Source: Takakia lepidozioides
Taxonomy: Eukaryota > Plantae > Bryophyta
DNA length: 64,000 nt
Assembly (NCBI GenBank): GCA_030704615.1
Contig: CM060731.1
Coordinates: forward strand, 86,366,001 to 86,430,000
Reading direction: 5' to 3'
The notes beneath the pieces were generated by a model, which saw nothing but the letters and a program-made list of their open reading frames with translations, made no database searches and was not told where the DNA came from. Shown here piece after piece: positions 12,798 to 25,306 of this stretch (positions within the stretch are counted from its first letter, which is position 1; the number at the start of each line of letters is the position of its first letter). A program made the position numbers and the translations under genes.

Positions 12798-14372
12798 AGA
12801 ATTATACTCCATCCAGTCCGAATCCAACGGATCAGATGATAACTCGGAATCGCTGGAGATGACGAGATTGATACACGACTATCTTGCGAGTTTCAACTTT
12901 CTTGGAGGTAGTTTCCAGTTTCTCTGGTGTCACAACTGCCTTCAAGTCAACATCGAAATTAAGTCCACCTACGCGCAAATCGCAGAATGTCTCATGACAC
13001 CATTTGCGTCAGGAAAAGCTGGTTTGGCATGATATGATTGTAGTTCACAACCTTAATGAACGCCTTCAGCCTTGACCTCTTTGCGATCTGCTTCTGTGAC
13101 TGCTTCTTCATAACTTTTGAAAGGGAAAAGCAGCTACACATCAAATTCTTGCAAGTACAGGGGGGTACTCAGGCCTCCTTGGGAGAAAGAGTGCCATAAA
13201 CACAGACACATCCTTAAATATAAAAATTGGAGAAGCGAACGTCTGGTGGCAGGAAGTGCCTAAATTAGAATTATACTCCATCCAGCGCACATGTAAAGGG
13301 TCGGCTGATAACTCGGAATCCCACTTTGGAGATAATGAGACAAATACATTACTATCTTGCGAGTTTGAACTTTCTTGGAGGTAGTTTCCAGTTTCTCTGG
13401 TGTCACAACTGCCTTCAAGCTAAAGCAAGGAATTAAGTCCCACTAAAATGCAGAATGTCTCCCTCATCTGCGTGGGGAAAATGGGGATATGATTGTAGTT
13501 CACAACCAAAGGGCATATCCTTCAGCCTTGACGTCTTTGCGATCTTCTTCTATGACGCCTTCTTCATAACTTGTGAAATGGAAAAGCAGCTACACATCAA
13601 ATTATTGCAAGACCACTCAAACGTTTCGAGCATGTTGTCAGAAAACTAGACGGGCAAAAACCCAATTCAGCAGCCTCACCTTGCGTGGATACTTGGGAAT
13701 TGATTCCAGAAGGGCATGCCCGTATGCGCACTCCATCGTGCCTCCATCCAGCACATTTTGTAAATGTTGAATGACCAAGACCCCGATGTCACACCCTTCT
13801 GAGAAGCCACTACGCGCGCTCACAGTATACGAAGGCCTTGCCGTATCAGGATTCGCATTCCCACGTCCCGCCATGTCCGACGCAGCACTTGCATCCCTGT
13901 CTCTGCCAGGTGGAGGCAACACGTATTAAAATATCTATTCCCCCAAGGCCACATTTTATTTACCTCTTTTTGTGAAAGCCACGTCAGCAAATGTGCTACC
14001 GAATCACGGGTGCAATGAATGCGCAGTGGTTCATGGAGTCATTGAGTCGACTACATATTCACTTTAATGAATAAATATATTTATTCTATTAATCGAGTTA
14101 GGAAATAAAATTTGTAGTCGCATGTGTAGTAATTACAACCACTTGTAATTTTGGCTTTTTCAAATTTTATGTATTCACGCAATTCGTTAAATAGCCCGGA
14201 ATTCTGCTACGACTCCGAAGTCGTTGACCCCACTTCTATCCGCCGTCTGAAATGCCCCCGTGGGCCCACATTGTCTGTTTCGACTCTCCAGTAGTCCCGT
14301 TTACTACCAAGTGGTTCCCTGAGTGGTCGCGGACATGCAGTCGATTCGGAAAAGACACGAATGCTTCTAGTG
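11860..14372 (+). mobile_element. Truncated, internally deleted copy of CACTA family A (opposite orientation to 44863-60958)
   Basis: TIR GACACGAATGCTTCTAGTG at 14354-14372; ~13490-14372 is the reverse complement of ~44863-45750; 11860-12797 matches the transposase at 50208-47615 with a large deletion. Confidence 0.9.
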
Positions 14373-15940
14373 TTGGGAGAAGCATGAACACGCGACGACT
14401 TTCTCCTCGACCAAGATGTCCGGAACCTCGCTGAAAAACGAGCTTAACAGACCTTCAAAAAATACGCGGACGATGCACAATCCGTACGTATGTGGAAAGA
14501 TCAAAACCCAGACTCAGTCCTCTTCTACCAGGAGGAATCATTGGCGCCCACATTTCAACATTTTGATGGAGATTTGACCTTCACGATTGGGATTCAGACT
14601 CCATGGCAACGGCAGAAGATGTTGGACTTGGGCGATGCGCGCATCGTAGCTTGCGACGCTACATTTGGAACTAACCATCACAAGGTCTGCTGTGGACCCT
14701 CTCCACGGGGTTCTGGGAGCATGATAGCATAGTTCATTGCCTGTTAGTCTCCCATTGCAATTGTGAGGTGCCATTTTTGTCCTCAATCCTGACAGACCCA
14801 ACTGTGGTAGACCCTGTTCTAGTAGACCATGTTCCAGTAGACCCTGTTCCAGTAGACCCTGTGCGTGCAATAGACCATGTGTTCCAATAGACCTTGTGCC
14901 AGTACACCCTATTACAGTACACCCTATTGGTAGGATCACAATTGTGTTTATGCAGGGCAATGACTATAAAAGTTTGGATCCGTTGGTCCACTGTCCTCAC
15001 TGGTCTGCTAATTGTGAATTGTCATTTCATGTAGTTCCCCTTGTACACATTAATGGTGTTCGACCAATGGTTGAACGGAATTCCAATTGCATACATATTG
15101 TCAGCACGCAACCGAACATCAGACCTCATCCCGTGGATGTCAGCATTGCGTGATTCCCTCCTAGCCAAAATGCCCAGCTGGCGCCTGAATGCCTTCATTG
15201 TGGACGACGCTAAAGTAGAAATCAATGCAATCCGGTATGCCACAGATTTTATTGTGCTCTATGGTCTTCTCTATGGTCTGCTCCATGGTCGGCAGTACGG
15301 TCTGCTATATGGTCTGCCTGGTGGTCTGCCCGGTGGTCCACACCATTCTGACTATGTGGTCCGTGCAGGTCTGTTTTCGCAGGAATAAGCATTTTTCTTT
15401 GCCTTTGGCATGTACGTATGGGTCAAGCAATCATGCCAGAAAATCAGTGATCCGGGAACAACATCGAAATTGTTGGTAGATATGGGAGACCTTATGTACT
15501 GCAGAGGTGGACCTCATAAAGAAGACGAGGCTGTCAAATGGGTAAAGAAAAAATTGAAGGCAATGAAAAAGAAATATCTTGCAGGTCATTTGTTTCTCCA
15601 CTACATTGATGTGTATTGGGTTCCCAAGATTGCGATGTGGTGTACAACTGCCTGGATACCAAGATACAAATGCAAGCCAAGATACAAATGCAAGCATTGA
15701 GCAATATCACGGTTATGGGCAAAGGCAATATGACGGGTCGGAGAGCCGACTGGCTCATATGGGAGTTGACAGGGCGTGTCTTTATCCACTACTGGTACTC
15801 CATTCATCTGAAGACGCATGGGTTCATTCACAACGATAAACAGGAAAAGTACATTTCCAGTGCAATATGTGCAGCCTGTGACATACCTCTGTTGCGTGTA
15901 ATTTTGTCGGGCCGACCTGGCCAGCTGAAGCAGTAGACCA
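14373..15940 (+). pseudogene. MULE (MuDR-like) transposase of an older host element, 5' end lost
   Basis: Spliced: IVACDATFGTN|FPLYTLMVFD..GIPIAYI...FIVDDAKVEINAI|LCLWHV...QDTNASIEQYH (D, D, CxxH, E); introns ~14685-15034 and ~15235-15368; frameshifts and an 18-bp duplication. Confidence 0.85.
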
Positions 15941-16464
15941 GGACAGGCGTCTTGCGAATGAAATATAATCGACAGACAAGGGTCACAATCGACAGACGTA
16001 AGTGAAGCAGTAGACCAAGACAAATGTGTGTCCACCACGTGCGTACACCACTGTGTCAGACCTAGGTGAAGCAACAAATCAAGACAGGCGAACACGGAAG
16101 GGAGTAGACCAATCAACACCAAGATAGTAGACCACGGAAGGGAGTACACCAGTAAACACCAAGACAGTAGACCATGGAAAGGAGTAGACCAACAATCCAA
16201 TCGGCAGACTTGAGCACTACAACAAGACAGTACACGCAGAATGGAGTAGACCAATGAAGTGCGCCAACGACATAAGTCAAGCAGTAGACCATACCTAACA
16301 TCGATAGACCTTCAGACCTACAGACCTTTTGTAAGCAGACCAGCACGGCAGCAGACCAATGAAATGTTGAACCGACCACTTCAACCGACCACTAGAACCG
16401 ACCAATGTTGTACACCATACAAAACCACAGACCAATCCATTGGAGTACCAAAATGACATGTCTT

Positions 16465-19275
16465 TCATTTATTGCCAGGCCTAGAAGAAACAACCCGGAC
16501 ATCAGAAGAGTCTGACATGTCCGACAACCTTGCAGATGATAACTGCCTCTCTACAACTACATTCTCCATAGAAGTAAGTGCTTTCAAAATGTACTCCACA
16601 CACTTTAGACGCTGCGTACAAGCATAACGGAATGTAAACCACTTAGAAGTAAAAGGCTTTCCTCTCTCCGCCCTATTTGCTTTGCCACGATCGCCCTTTA
16701 GCCAATCATAGAACCCCTCGATAAAGGACATGACATAAAAGCCACATTCCCATGAAAAGCCCGGTTGCTGCGGCACTTCTGCGACATTAAACGTGAATGC
16801 AATGGCCTCATTCCACTCCAGGGTCATGTGATTCAAACCAAGGCATTCTCCATACTATCTTTTTTATTCAGGGCAGTATCTCCAAAGTGGTGTGCAACTC
16901 TTTGATGGAGTTGAGATGAATGAACACACGTTTCACCCGGTCAATAATCACAAGACTCCAATGAGATCTGCCACATCACACAAACTCCCGTATCAGCACA
17001 GGGGACAAAAAGACCCATTGATAGACCCATTGGTAGCCCCATTGACAGACCCATTGACAGCCCCACTGGGAGACTCGATTTGACAGGGCAGACCTACAGA
17101 CCCAAGACAGTGCCAAGAATGTGGCAAACCCATAAAGGGCAAACAACATGGCAAGTCGAAAAGTGGGATACTTACCCATCAACTATTGGTACCAGTATGT
17201 ACTTACAGGTCTTCAGGTCCTTCCCAATACGTTGCACCGTCAATCCATGCTCCACCTGCGAGCGAACCCGTTCCTGGCCTACATCCCAATGCATCTTCAC
17301 TACACTCCAAACCCACGTCGGCAAAATAGCAACAACATTATATGTTGCGACATCGACATCCTTCTCATAGAACCTACATCACAACTCAAGCAATCGGTCT
17401 GTAGCCTCGGATTCCTGTTTCTCTAAGGCTTTCAGGTCGTCGATGGCAATACTACACTCAAACGCTGGGTTGTTTTTCAAAAAGTACAACATTGCCTTTC
17501 CATTCGCGATATGTGCTGCGAAAGTGGAGCCAAATCGGGAAGTGAACTTGCAAAAACTCGGAAAAAACCCTTCAGAAAGAAGACACATCAGCGGACCCTC
17601 CACACTGTAGACCCGTGCCCGCAGACCCATGGAGACCAGGGTGCCAGGGGAGAATTACTAAAGCCCGGTATGAGGGGAAGGAGCAGACCCATAGGAGCAG
17701 ACCCATAAAGAGCAGACCCACATTTTACTACAAGACCCTTTACTGCAGACCCATGAACTTGGTCTGCTCATAGGTGGCAGACCAACGCAAAGATGGAGAG
17801 ACTTACTGGTGTTTGTTACGGAGCTCCGCAACTTCGTTCTCCACTTCAAAACAGATCTTGTGGTCAGCACTCATGAACACTCCGGTCTTGGCTTTTTTAA
17901 CAGCGCCTTTTTTGGGGGGGATTGGTTTTGCCACCGGGTCTGTTGTGCCCTCTAGTATGCGCTTCTTCCCAGCTGCTGACACCGACACTCTGTCTGGTTC
18001 AGCAGGTTTGTGCAACTTCCATTCCAATGCAACGATTGTCTCCTTCATACCCTCCCGGAGCTGGTTAGCTTGGCTTCGCAACAAGACCTTGTCTTGGGGT
18101 TTTTTAACACTTTGTGGACCCGTTCTAGACGCTTCATGTAAACCATGGGACGAACTGGCCCCAACAGTCGGCGTAATCACCACTGGACCACCCTTTGTGC
18201 TAGACCCCATGTTATCAACCTGCAACGGACCATGAGCTGAGACCTCAGACGCCAGAACCTTCCCACGAATGATAGACCACACAACATTAGCAATGCCGAA
18301 AGTACACAAGACAATGTAATGGACTGCAAAAATGCAATGGAGTCGGACCTTTGTGGGCGCTATGGGTGTCTACGATTCCGCCACTCCTGTGGCAGGCACT
18401 TCTTCAAATGGAGTGGTTGGACCCAGCGATTGAGAAGGGGCAGAAACCTCTGTATGGTCTGCCGCAAGGTCTGTGCAGACCTGGGCAAGGTCTGCCAAGC
18501 GTGATACAAGGTGTGTTGTGGGGTCTACCTTCTCCGCGGCGGACTCGAACATAACAAGCACCCTACCAACAAACTGGTCCAAGGACATTAAGGGATCTAC
18601 ATCCGACTCAGGGTCCACAGACCTAATAGGCATAACGACCAAAGATGCATTTGGGTCATACCCGGACTGTGACAAAGCAGGAAGGTCACTACACTGTAGG
18701 TCAAAGTCCACGGTAGTAATGCCAACAATGGTCTGTTGTATGGATTCAGGATGTGCTATGTCTAAAGGTCTTTTGGCAAGGGTGAGATCCACTACCATTC
18801 TCTGCTTCTCAGCAGATGTAGTAGTGGGGGGGAAAGGAATTGCCCCTCTCATTTTTGGCAATTTGTATGTGCCAGGGGGAATTGGCGTCGCTTGTTGAAT
18901 GTCACCTGCCCTGATGTCCTGCACTGGCAGGGTCTGCTCATGTTGGAATGGTGAGGCATCCATACCTGCGTCCCAATGCACTTCCACCGTGGTGCTCTCA
19001 GCCAATGTGCCAGGCACCGATCCATCCAACACGGTCTGCTCTAGAAGGGTCTCCTCAGACACGGACTTCTCAAGGAAGGTCTGCTCCTCCAAGGTCTCCT
19101 GGGGAAAGGTCTGCTCCGGGGAGGTCTGCTGGTATGCTGGTCTGAGGTCTGGCAATGTCTCGCTTCGAAAGGTCTGTTGTGGGTCGGTCTGTTCTGGCAA
19201 GGTCTGCATTGGCAGCATGTCATCCGGAATGGTCTGCTCTGCCATGGTCTCATCCGGCAGGGTCTACGATGGCAA
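16465..19275 (-). pseudogene. Ulp1-like (peptidase C48) gene of the host MULE, 3' part
   Basis: Spliced KYILVPIVDG|SHWSLVIID...HLNS...VPQQPGFSWECGFYVMSFIE (His, Asp changed to Asn, Gln, Cys); long low-complexity QT-repeat N-terminal region at 18370-19245. Confidence 0.8.
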
Positions 19276-20095
19276 GAGGTTTACTATTTCATGAGCAGAA
19301 ACCATGAGCCATGAGCCATGAGCCGCATGAGCGGTGAGCCGAAGTCTAAGACACGCGGATTTCATGAGCGGACTCCTCCAAATTTGGAAATGCGGCAGAT
19401 TAAACAAGTATTAAAATAATAGTTTTATATTTGACCTTGCCGTTTTTGGAAGTTACGGATCCTGTAATGCGGCAAAGATATGTCGTCAGTAACAACTCCG
19501 CTCATGGTTTTTTAGATCCACTCATGGAAATGAGTGACCGTGCAACGACAAATCCAGTATACCACGGCAAAAGGACGTCGCAAACTGGCCTGTATAGAGT
19601 ATTCCGCGGTTTTACATGCCTTAACATTGGAATGAAGCTGACCCTTTTGCCGCGACTGAACCAATAGAGTTTGCACAATTCTATCAGCTTCCAGTATTCG
19701 GCGGGAAAGTTTTGCAAGTGAACTAGGAAATGCGGTGCCATTAGGGTTCGCACGTGCGAAATTTCTGGGCGGTTTGGTGTTGCTGACTGCCGCATCTACC
19801 AGTACCTACGACGTTACTTGGAAATGAGGCGCCGCATTTCCTTGCCGGGGGTCGAATGAGGAAAGCAAAGTTTGGGAGAGCTGAAAAAACAGGAACCCTC
19901 CAACACACAAAAATACATGCACGTGGAAACACGAGTGAATGACATAGTATTATCGACGTTCGAGCAAAACAGGTTACTGGTAGGCAAGACATAAGTCGGA
20001 CCTTTCTGTGGCCAGAGTCAGAGCTACTTGCAGCAGTACAGTTCTACTATCCGAAAAGGATGGGCGTACCATTGTGTTGGGACCGCAAGCCAAGG

Positions 20096-23000
20096 TCACT
20101 GGTCCCCTGGATCCATATTCAGAAGAGTGTGCACCTCTTGGGGGCTCAACCCTGGTGCATGTATGAAGTGATGAGTTGTGGAATTACACCGGGTCTCTTT
20201 AGGTACACGTAGTACAAATGCTTGCAAGGGCAGTATGATGCCCCCTTGTTCGCCATGATCTGAAAGTCGTGCAATTGCAGGTGGGTAATTCTGAAATGGT
20301 GATGGTGTACCCTCATTGCGAACAGCTAAGCCTGCCGTGGCCAATCTGATACACACGCCCGAAGCCTGGTGGGGGCACTTCTGTCGAGCTCTGGACTGTA
20401 CAGTTCATCCAAGTGCATTCCCCATCCTCGTCTCGTTCACTTTTGAGGGAGGTCGCCGCCTCTTCGGTTTCCCCCAACGGTGTTAGGATGCTTAGAGCTG
20501 TCGGGTCCCATTGTTCTTGCTCTCACAGGGGTCGGTGGTGGAGGCTGTGGAAGCGGAAATGGTTGTCTGGGGACGTCAGTGCGCTGCACCATCCAAAATC
20601 CTGCAGCGGTAAGGGCGTCGGCCTCAACCTAACTCAGATCGCAGCCTAGTTCCACCGGCCACAACAACCGGGGGAGCCTCTGGCATTGTTTGTATGCCGT
20701 ACTTGGGCTTTCCATACACGCAAGTCATAATGTCGTGCCTGCAGAACCAGAACTGGGTGTTGTCGCCTCCGCAAACTTTGCATGGACAAATCTTCCTGTA
20801 AAAGTAGGAGCAGGGACAACACCATCTGGATTCCTCCTTATCATCTCTAAACAACGTTGCCGTGTATCCACTCGAATTGCGGAACACCTGCCTCGAAACG
20901 ACGGCTTTGTGGCGAGCAATTCTCCACTGTGACGCAGACACAGTCGTCTCCACAATGGCTTGGCCGTACTGCATAACAGGGGGCGGAATCTGGGGCAAGC
21001 GAGCGGTGGGTATTTCTCGCACGGAATCCCCGCTTGAAGGCGATGGCAATCTGGAATTTCTTGGGCTTCCACTGCTGGAAGACACATTGTGCGGCAACAT
21101 GACGGGCCCTCGAGGTGCTGTCCGAATGTTCCTGTTGGATCTCCAGGAATCCTCTTCGCACCCGGGTTCCTCTTCAATCCTCCGCCTCACAGGGCGAGTA
21201 CGGACGTCCCCCTCTAGGTGTTCACCTCTGCGGTGCAGAGGCGTCCCTTTGATCTTCTCTCGCAATGCTGTCGCCCATTTCAATGGATTCTTCGACCTCG
21301 AAGCTGTTCGCACCAACAATTCCTCCCTGTCCGGCCCAAAGCCCCATTGTTTCCCGCTCAGGAACTTGTCGTACGTGGCTTGCAGCATGATTGCTCTGTC
21401 GATGTCCTCCGTTGTGGCCGTCACTACGTCCACCAGATGTACGGCAAAAGACGCTCGCCAGGAGGAGTGCACTGATTTTGCCATATTCGTGTTCGGCATG
21501 TCCGTGTCGGAATCCAAGCACGGCTCCTACAAGGACACAGACAATGGTGAGGAACCAATGGAAAGGTCCGTAATAGAAAGACAATTGCACGAAAATAACA
21601 GGATCATACCTCCCGCATGTACTGTCCGAACTGTCGATACCGGAAATGCCACCACCCCAACCAGCTGTGCAAAGCTCCCAGATTGGTTGTCTCCACTGCA
21701 CCTGACGTGTTCCACCAAGCCTCGATGATAGCAAACTTAACCTCCGCGTCATCAAATGTGGGTGCATCCTTCCACGCCGTACAAAGGACACGGTGTTCAG
21801 CCTGGAATGAGCTAGCAACAAATTTGGTAGTGTAGTGGGATAGACTCTGCATCCAATGGAATCCACAGGATCTCTCTTTCCCCTCCATTGGCACATTGGG
21901 GTCCTCACCGTACACACGCCGCACCGCTGCCCAATTGGCCTGAGCGTTGTCTGCCATGAATCCCTTGAAATTGGGCTCTGGCAATCCCGCCCTTGCCATC
22001 TGCTCGTTTATGCCCTCCCACAGATGCATCTCCGACTGTGTGTCCTCCCCTTTCATCTCGCAGATTGCAATCGTCATGAGCCTCTTGGAGTGATAGTCAT
22101 AAACATGCGCACCCATAGTCACCCACTGATGGTTTGTAATTCGCTTGATGTGATCAAACATCACCCAAGCATTCGACAGGTTTCCAGTTGTCATGCGAGT
22201 GACCAAGTTGACTCCACTCCCAGGCCCACACGTCGACATTTTAAAAATGTAACAACGATCGGATTCGCTGCCTTGCCCTGGAAACCTGCTACCTTGGATG
22301 TAGTCATATCCAGTCATTCGTTTCACCTCCAGGATTGAGTGCATGTCCGACCCCCGGCCGAACTCCTGCTTGCAAGATACGATGTGATTCCGCACATTCA
22401 GACTACAAACGTGCGAGACGGACTCCAACAGGTCAAGCATCTCCTTTTCGTTCAAGGGCACTCGGTCTGAACCATCTTCAGACATGATTTTTCCAAGAGC
22501 AATCTTGTGGGCTGCCTTTAGCTGAATCTGCTTTGGTCTTGCTCCGGGGCTCAATTTCACCTCCTCTTTTATGATGTCGTGTGCTTCCTGCACAGCCTCA
22601 CGCATGTTGCCTCTCACCAAGGGGTGGCAGCGGACCCCAATGTGTATGCAAGCTCTAGTCAAGTCCGGGAGCAAATGGATTACGTAATATTGCTTGGCTC
22701 TGCACATGGACATGCACGTCGTGGTTCTTTGCAATGTGCGCACTTGAAAGTACCCGCAAGAGCTTGGCTGGAGACAATGAATGGATGATGCGTTGTGCCA
22801 GTCCAATCCGTCTCGTTTCTCCGCCCTCCTTTGGAAGAAAGTGGAAGCAGGCGGGATTCAGGCACCTCAGCTTCCCGCACAGAGGACGTATCGTACACGA
22901 ACACCATCAGCAATTTTCGTGCTACTGGTCTTCGTCACACACCAGGGTGTCCGTCATGCTTTCGATCCATGTCTGTTAACATCCCTGAGGCTTTGTTTGA

Positions 23001-23680
23001 GGAAGTGACAGGTGGAAACTCGAAGATGACATTGCCATCGACTTCGGGAGGCAGATACGTTACCTTCCTGACCGGAAATTTGGCATAGTCGAGAGCAGCC
23101 AGCTCGGAGCGAGAACCATCGAGGTGATGTTGCCGTAGGAGCTGCACAATGGACCCGGGTTGGAGTTATGCTCGAGAGTACATGCGTAGCACCTGCAGAG
23201 ACGTCCATGTCGGATTTGAACGACCGTGTGGAGGACATGGGGACCTCAATGCACTCATCTTCATCGTCGGAAATGTCGAATACGTCCACACGAGAAGCTA
23301 TGGAGGGTCTTGACGGTCCAGGTTGGGAATGATTATCGTTGCATACCTCTCTGTTGGCAGTGGCCGCCTGTCGGTTTCCGGACTCCTTTGTGGATGGTGT
23401 GGGAGCGACTGATTCGGAAAGGGAATGGGCATTCCCACAGCTCGGTATATGATGGTGTCTGATGGGGTACGTGCCATTCGATTCCGCAACCTCCGTCGTT
23501 ACCTAGCACGACATGTCTCGTCAACCTGTCCATGTACCAGGTCCTTCCTTTCTTCTTCTTCCAAGAAAAACTGTGCCCTTGTTCGGTTTGAGCTTGAATT
23601 TAGAACAAAGGTAAGTTTCATCAGTCCTCTGTCAAAGTCCTCCCTCGTTTGGGATCCAGGCTTCTCCCAATTTCGGGATT
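20096..23680 (-). pseudogene. MULE-2 transposase with C-terminal SWIM zinc finger (frameshifted)
   Basis: WVMFDHIKR...FKGFMADNAQANWAAVRRVY...ERSCGFHW (D, D, CxxH); PNTNMAKSVH at the usual TNxxESxH position (E to K); CNC.DF...CPCKHLYYVY (SWIM) near 20200-20280. Confidence 0.88.
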
Positions 23681-24129
23681 GACAGCAAACTATAGCGTAG
23701 GAATTCGGAGCCATCGAACAGCCGCACGAGTTGGCAAGTGCGAGGTTCAGTATATGCGACAAACAAGCTCACAGGCACATGCGGAGATCCATCTCATTGG
23801 AAGTCGCACATTGAAGTGGAAAGTATAGTTTTCAAGCTACATGCATGAAGGTGGTGAGGTGTGATTCCATAGTGCCCGTTAAGTTAGACAATGATGGCCA
23901 AATCGGCGGACGAAATAGACTCTCCTTGACAGTTTCTCCTGGGGTGGAGTCCAGCAGTATTCCTCTGTACGGACAGGCCGTTTCGCACTGACAAGTGCCA
24001 GTCACTGTTAGTTAAAACGGAGTTGTGCATCAAGACTGGCCGCAATTCTGTTGTTTCGGAACAATGCAACCCATTCAGGTTCAGCATGCGGAATGAGGTT
24101 TCAGATTTCCGTGGAGTGATTATTTCGAT

Positions 24130-25300
24130 TGCGCTGGACGGAAATACGGAGCCGCATTTCCATTTCCACCAGAACGACGGAAATGCGGCACCGAGTTCCG
24201 CGGGGGAAACCTTTACACTCTCCAGAACGGAAATGCGGCGCATTTCCGTTCTGATGAGAATCATATACGGCACCACCTCGGGAACAGAAATGCGGCGCCG
24301 TTCCTTCCGGACATTCCAGACGGAAATGCGGCACCGCATTTCCGCCGGGTGAGACCTTCATACTCTCCAGAACGAAATGCGGTAACGCATTTTCCATCCA
24401 GCAAGCACGGTATGTGAAGGGGGAACGGAAATGCGGTACCGCATTTCCGTTCTGATTGAGAATTATGAACAAAGGGAACAGAAATGCGGCACCGCATTTC
24501 CGTCCGAATCGCACTTTCGACATTCAGAACGGAAATGCGGCGCCGCATTTCGTCCGAGTCACACTTTCCGACATCCAGAACGGAAATGCCGCATTTCCAT
24601 CCAGCAAGACGGTCGAACCAACATGAACGGAAATGCGGCGCCGCATTTCCATCTGATGCATCGATGCAATTCCCAATGTCAGACATTCATACTATCCAGA
24701 ACGGAATGGTACGCATTTCCGTTCTGACTGTAAATCGTGAACCATCGGAACTGAATGCCGCGAGTTCCCTCATCTAGAACGGAAATGCGGCACCGCATTT
24801 TGAGACCTCATACTTCTAGAATGGAAATGCGGCACCGCATTTCCGTTCTTATGAAAATGAAACATCGGAACTGAAATGCGGTGCATTTCCGTCGGAGTCG
24901 CACCTTCCGACATTCCAAACGGAAATGCGGCGCCGCATTTCCGTTTTGTATGTGAGGCATTAGAGCTTGGAACGAAAATGCGGCACGCATTTCCGCCAGG
25001 GTCAGACCTTAATACACTACAGAACGGTAAAACTGACTGAAAATGTCAACAGCGAATAGAAATGCGTCGCAACTTCGACATTCTAGAACGGAAATGCGGC
25101 GCCCGCATTTCCGTTTTGTATATGAGGCCTTGAGCTGTGGAGGAAATGTGGTGCCGCTTTCCATCCATGTGAGACCTTCAAAACCAGAAGGAAATGCGGC
25201 ACGCATTTCCGTTCTGAGACTCTATACTTCCCGAACGGAAATGTGGCACGGCATTTCCGTTTCAACTAAGGTATGGAAGGAGAACGGAAATGCGGTCATT
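24130..25300. repeat. Cluster of ~20 copies of the 22-bp palindrome GGAAATGCGG(CA/CG/TG)CCGCATTTCC with variable spacers
   Basis: Copies at e.g. 24322, 24427, 24481, 24531, 24629, 24781, 24823 and 24921; lies between the divergent transposase and accessory genes. Confidence 0.93.
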
Positions 25301-25306
25301 CCGCAG

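Noticed and set aside
24130-25300. CRISPR-like array (palindromic repeats with variable spacers; also 7490-8245 and 30150-31180)
   Set aside because: Spacer lengths are irregular or the spacers are copies of each other, repeats are degenerate, there are no cas genes, and the context is an intron-containing eukaryotic transposon
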